Of a DNA stretch of 64,000 nucleotides, positions 62,284 to 64,000 are shown one piece after another. Both the position numbers and the translations under genes were made by a program. The notes below the pieces were generated by a model that was not told the origin of the DNA, did not search any database, and saw only the letters and a list, made by a program, of their open reading frames with translations. The stretch comes from Lachnospiraceae bacterium. GTDB lineage: Bacteria; Bacillota; Clostridia; Lachnospirales; Lachnospiraceae. Every line of letters begins with the position of its first letter. The stretch's first letter is position 1. Where the stretch lies: assembly GCA_015056725.1 (NCBI GenBank), contig SVFS01000002.1, positions 15,884 to 79,883 of the forward strand, read 5' to 3'.

Positions 62284-63477
62284 ATGGAACAGAAAAAATT
62301 AAGCTTGTATATACATATTCCGTTTTGTGTAAAAAAATGTGCTTATTGTGATTTTTTATCTATGCCAATGGAGGAAAAGACACGTAATAAATATGTGGAA
62401 ATGTTATTGCGGGAAATCAGGCAGGAAGGTGTTTTCTATCAGGATTATGTGGTGGATACCGTCTTTTTTGGCGGCGGTACACCGACGATACTTTCTACGG
62501 AACAGTTGGCGATGCTGCTGAAAGAGCTTCGTGAAAGCTTTTGCTTTGCAGAACCGGAAATTACTATTGAGTGTAATCCAGGGACGGTAGATAAAGAAGC
62601 TTTGGCAGGATTGAAAAATGCCGGCTTTAATCGGTTGAGTATAGGACTTCAGTCAGCAGACAACAAAGAACTGAAATGTCTTGGAAGAATTCACACGTGG
62701 GAAGATTTTTTACAGACCTATGAACAGGCAAGGGCAGCGGGCTTTGAAAATATTAATATTGATTTGATGTCTGCTCTACCGGGACAGACCATAGAGTCTT
62801 ATCAAAATACGCTGCAGAAGGTGTTGGAATTAAAGCCGGAGCATATTTCTGCATATAGCCTTATGATTGAAGAAGAGACGCCGTTTTACGACCTGTATAG
62901 TGAAGGGGGAACGTATGCATCACTTCTTCCTTCAGAAGATACGGAAAGAGCTATGTATGACCTGACAGAGCAGCTTCTTTCGGAAAGAGGTTATGCTCGC
63001 TATGAAATATCCAATTATGCGTTACCGGGGAAACAGTGCCGGCATAATATCGTTTATTGGAAGCGTGGAAATTATCTGGGACTTGGTCTTGGCGCAGCTT
63101 CACTTGTGGAAAATGTACGTTTTCATAAGGAAGAGGAACTGGACTTTTATTTCAAATCGATGGGTAAACTGAAGGTGGAAGAAACAGATTTTGAGTTTCA
63201 GCAGAACAAGTATTTATCGAATACATATAAAGACCGGCAAGTGCTTACGAAAAATGAGCAGATGGAAGAATTTATGTTTCTCGGACTACGTATGATGGAA
63301 GGAGTAAATAAGGCAGATTTTAAGAAGCAATTTCATGTTGCGCTGGAGGATGTATATCGAAAATCTTTACAAAGACTGGAAAGACAGGAACTGATAAAAG
63401 TGATAGAGGATAGAATTATGTTAACTTCAAAAGGGGTGGATGTAAGCAATGTTGCACTTGCAGAGTTTTTGTTGTAA
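62284..63477 (+). CDS. hemW: Radical SAM heme chaperone HemW (HemN-like)
   Basis: YIHIPFC...C.YCDF, GGGTP, YEISN, HN..YW. Confidence 0.93.
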   Translation: MEQKKLSLYIHIPFCVKKCAYCDFLSMPMEEKTRNKYVEMLLREIRQEGVFYQDYVVDTVFFGGGTPTILSTEQLAMLLKELRESFCFAEPEITIECNPGTVDKEALAGLKNAGFNRLSIGLQSADNKELKCLGRIHTWEDFLQTYEQARAAGFENINIDLMSALPGQTIESYQNTLQKVLELKPEHISAYSLMIEEETPFYDLYSEGGTYASLLPSEDTERAMYDLTEQLLSERGYARYEISNYALPGKQCRHNIVYWKRGNYLGLGLGAASLVENVRFHKEEELDFYFKSMGKLKVEETDFEFQQNKYLSNTYKDRQVLTKNEQMEEFMFLGLRMMEGVNKADFKKQFHVALEDVYRKSLQRLERQELIKVIEDRIMLTSKGVDVSNVALAEFLL

Positions 63478-63594
63478 ATTGCAGTTTGGTGCGTTAAAAT
63501 AATAGTGAGAATAAGTGCGAAAAGTGTTATGTGGAAAGGCACGTTGGAAAAGCATCAGGTCATAAACTATTAAAAATGATTCTGGAGGCTTTCT

Positions 63595-64000
63595 TTGAAG
63601 ACATTCAGCAGACCATTAACACCACAGGAAGAAGCATATTATCTGGATTTGTATCATCATGGTGATGCGGTACAGGCAAAGGAAGCTTTGGATGTTCTGA
63701 TAGAGAGAAATCTGCGATTAGTAACACACGTACTGAAAAAATATCAAAATGTTCAGGATGATATGGACGATTTGATTTCGCACGGAACGATAGGACTTAT
63801 CAAGGGAGTTAAAAACTATTCCCCGGATAAAGGGAGCAGGCTTGCGACTTTTGCGGCAAAATGTATTGAAAATGAAATACTGATGTTGCTCAGAGGACGT
63901 AAAAAGATTGCAAGGGAAGTTTCTTTATATGAGCCGATAGGTACGGATAAAGAGGGAAATGACATTCAGCTGTTTGACGTGATGGAAGCAAAACAGCCGG
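63595..64000 (+). CDS. sigK: Sporulation sigma factor K (partial, runs off the window)
   Basis: Not in the ORF track; translated by hand from TTG after GGAGG: KTFSRPL...ERNLRLV...DDLISHGTIGLIK...LATFAAKCIENEILM...EVSLYEPIGTDKEGN. Confidence 0.9.
   Translation, partial: MKTFSRPLTPQEEAYYLDLYHHGDAVQAKEALDVLIERNLRLVTHVLKKYQNVQDDMDDLISHGTIGLIKGVKNYSPDKGSRLATFAAKCIENEILMLLRGRKKIAREVSLYEPIGTDKEGNDIQLFDVMEAKQP

Overview
A roughly 38-40% GC (by eye) chromosomal segment from a spore-forming Clostridia bacterium, most likely Lachnospiraceae. It is mostly core housekeeping genes: RNase P RNA, pyrB/pyrI, a folate operon (folC-folE-HD-folP-folBK), glycolysis (gap-pgk-tpiA, gpmI, eno), thrS, rlmD, a membrane pyrophosphatase, and rpsT-gpr-spoIIP-lepA-hemW-sigK (partial). 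It also carries many signalling genes (c-di-GMP enzymes, two-component systems) and metal-homeostasis genes. I saw no prophage, integrase, transposase, CRISPR array, rRNA or tRNA. The unexplained signal is mostly non-coding: (1) a 418-bp rod-like fold-back element at 30521-30938 whose wobble pairs favour the + strand; (2) a ~300-bp cassette at 52831-53152 bounded by direct and inverted repeats and holding a candidate ~185-nt multi-hairpin RNA; (3) an exact 86-bp tandem duplication of a REP-like unit before rlmD; (4) a yybP-ykoY (Mn2+) riboswitch directly after thrS. Notable coding features are an enolase with two insertions, weak codon bias and a sigmaG-like promoter, and an HD protein inside the folate operon. 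All calls come from reading the sequence; no database searches were run.
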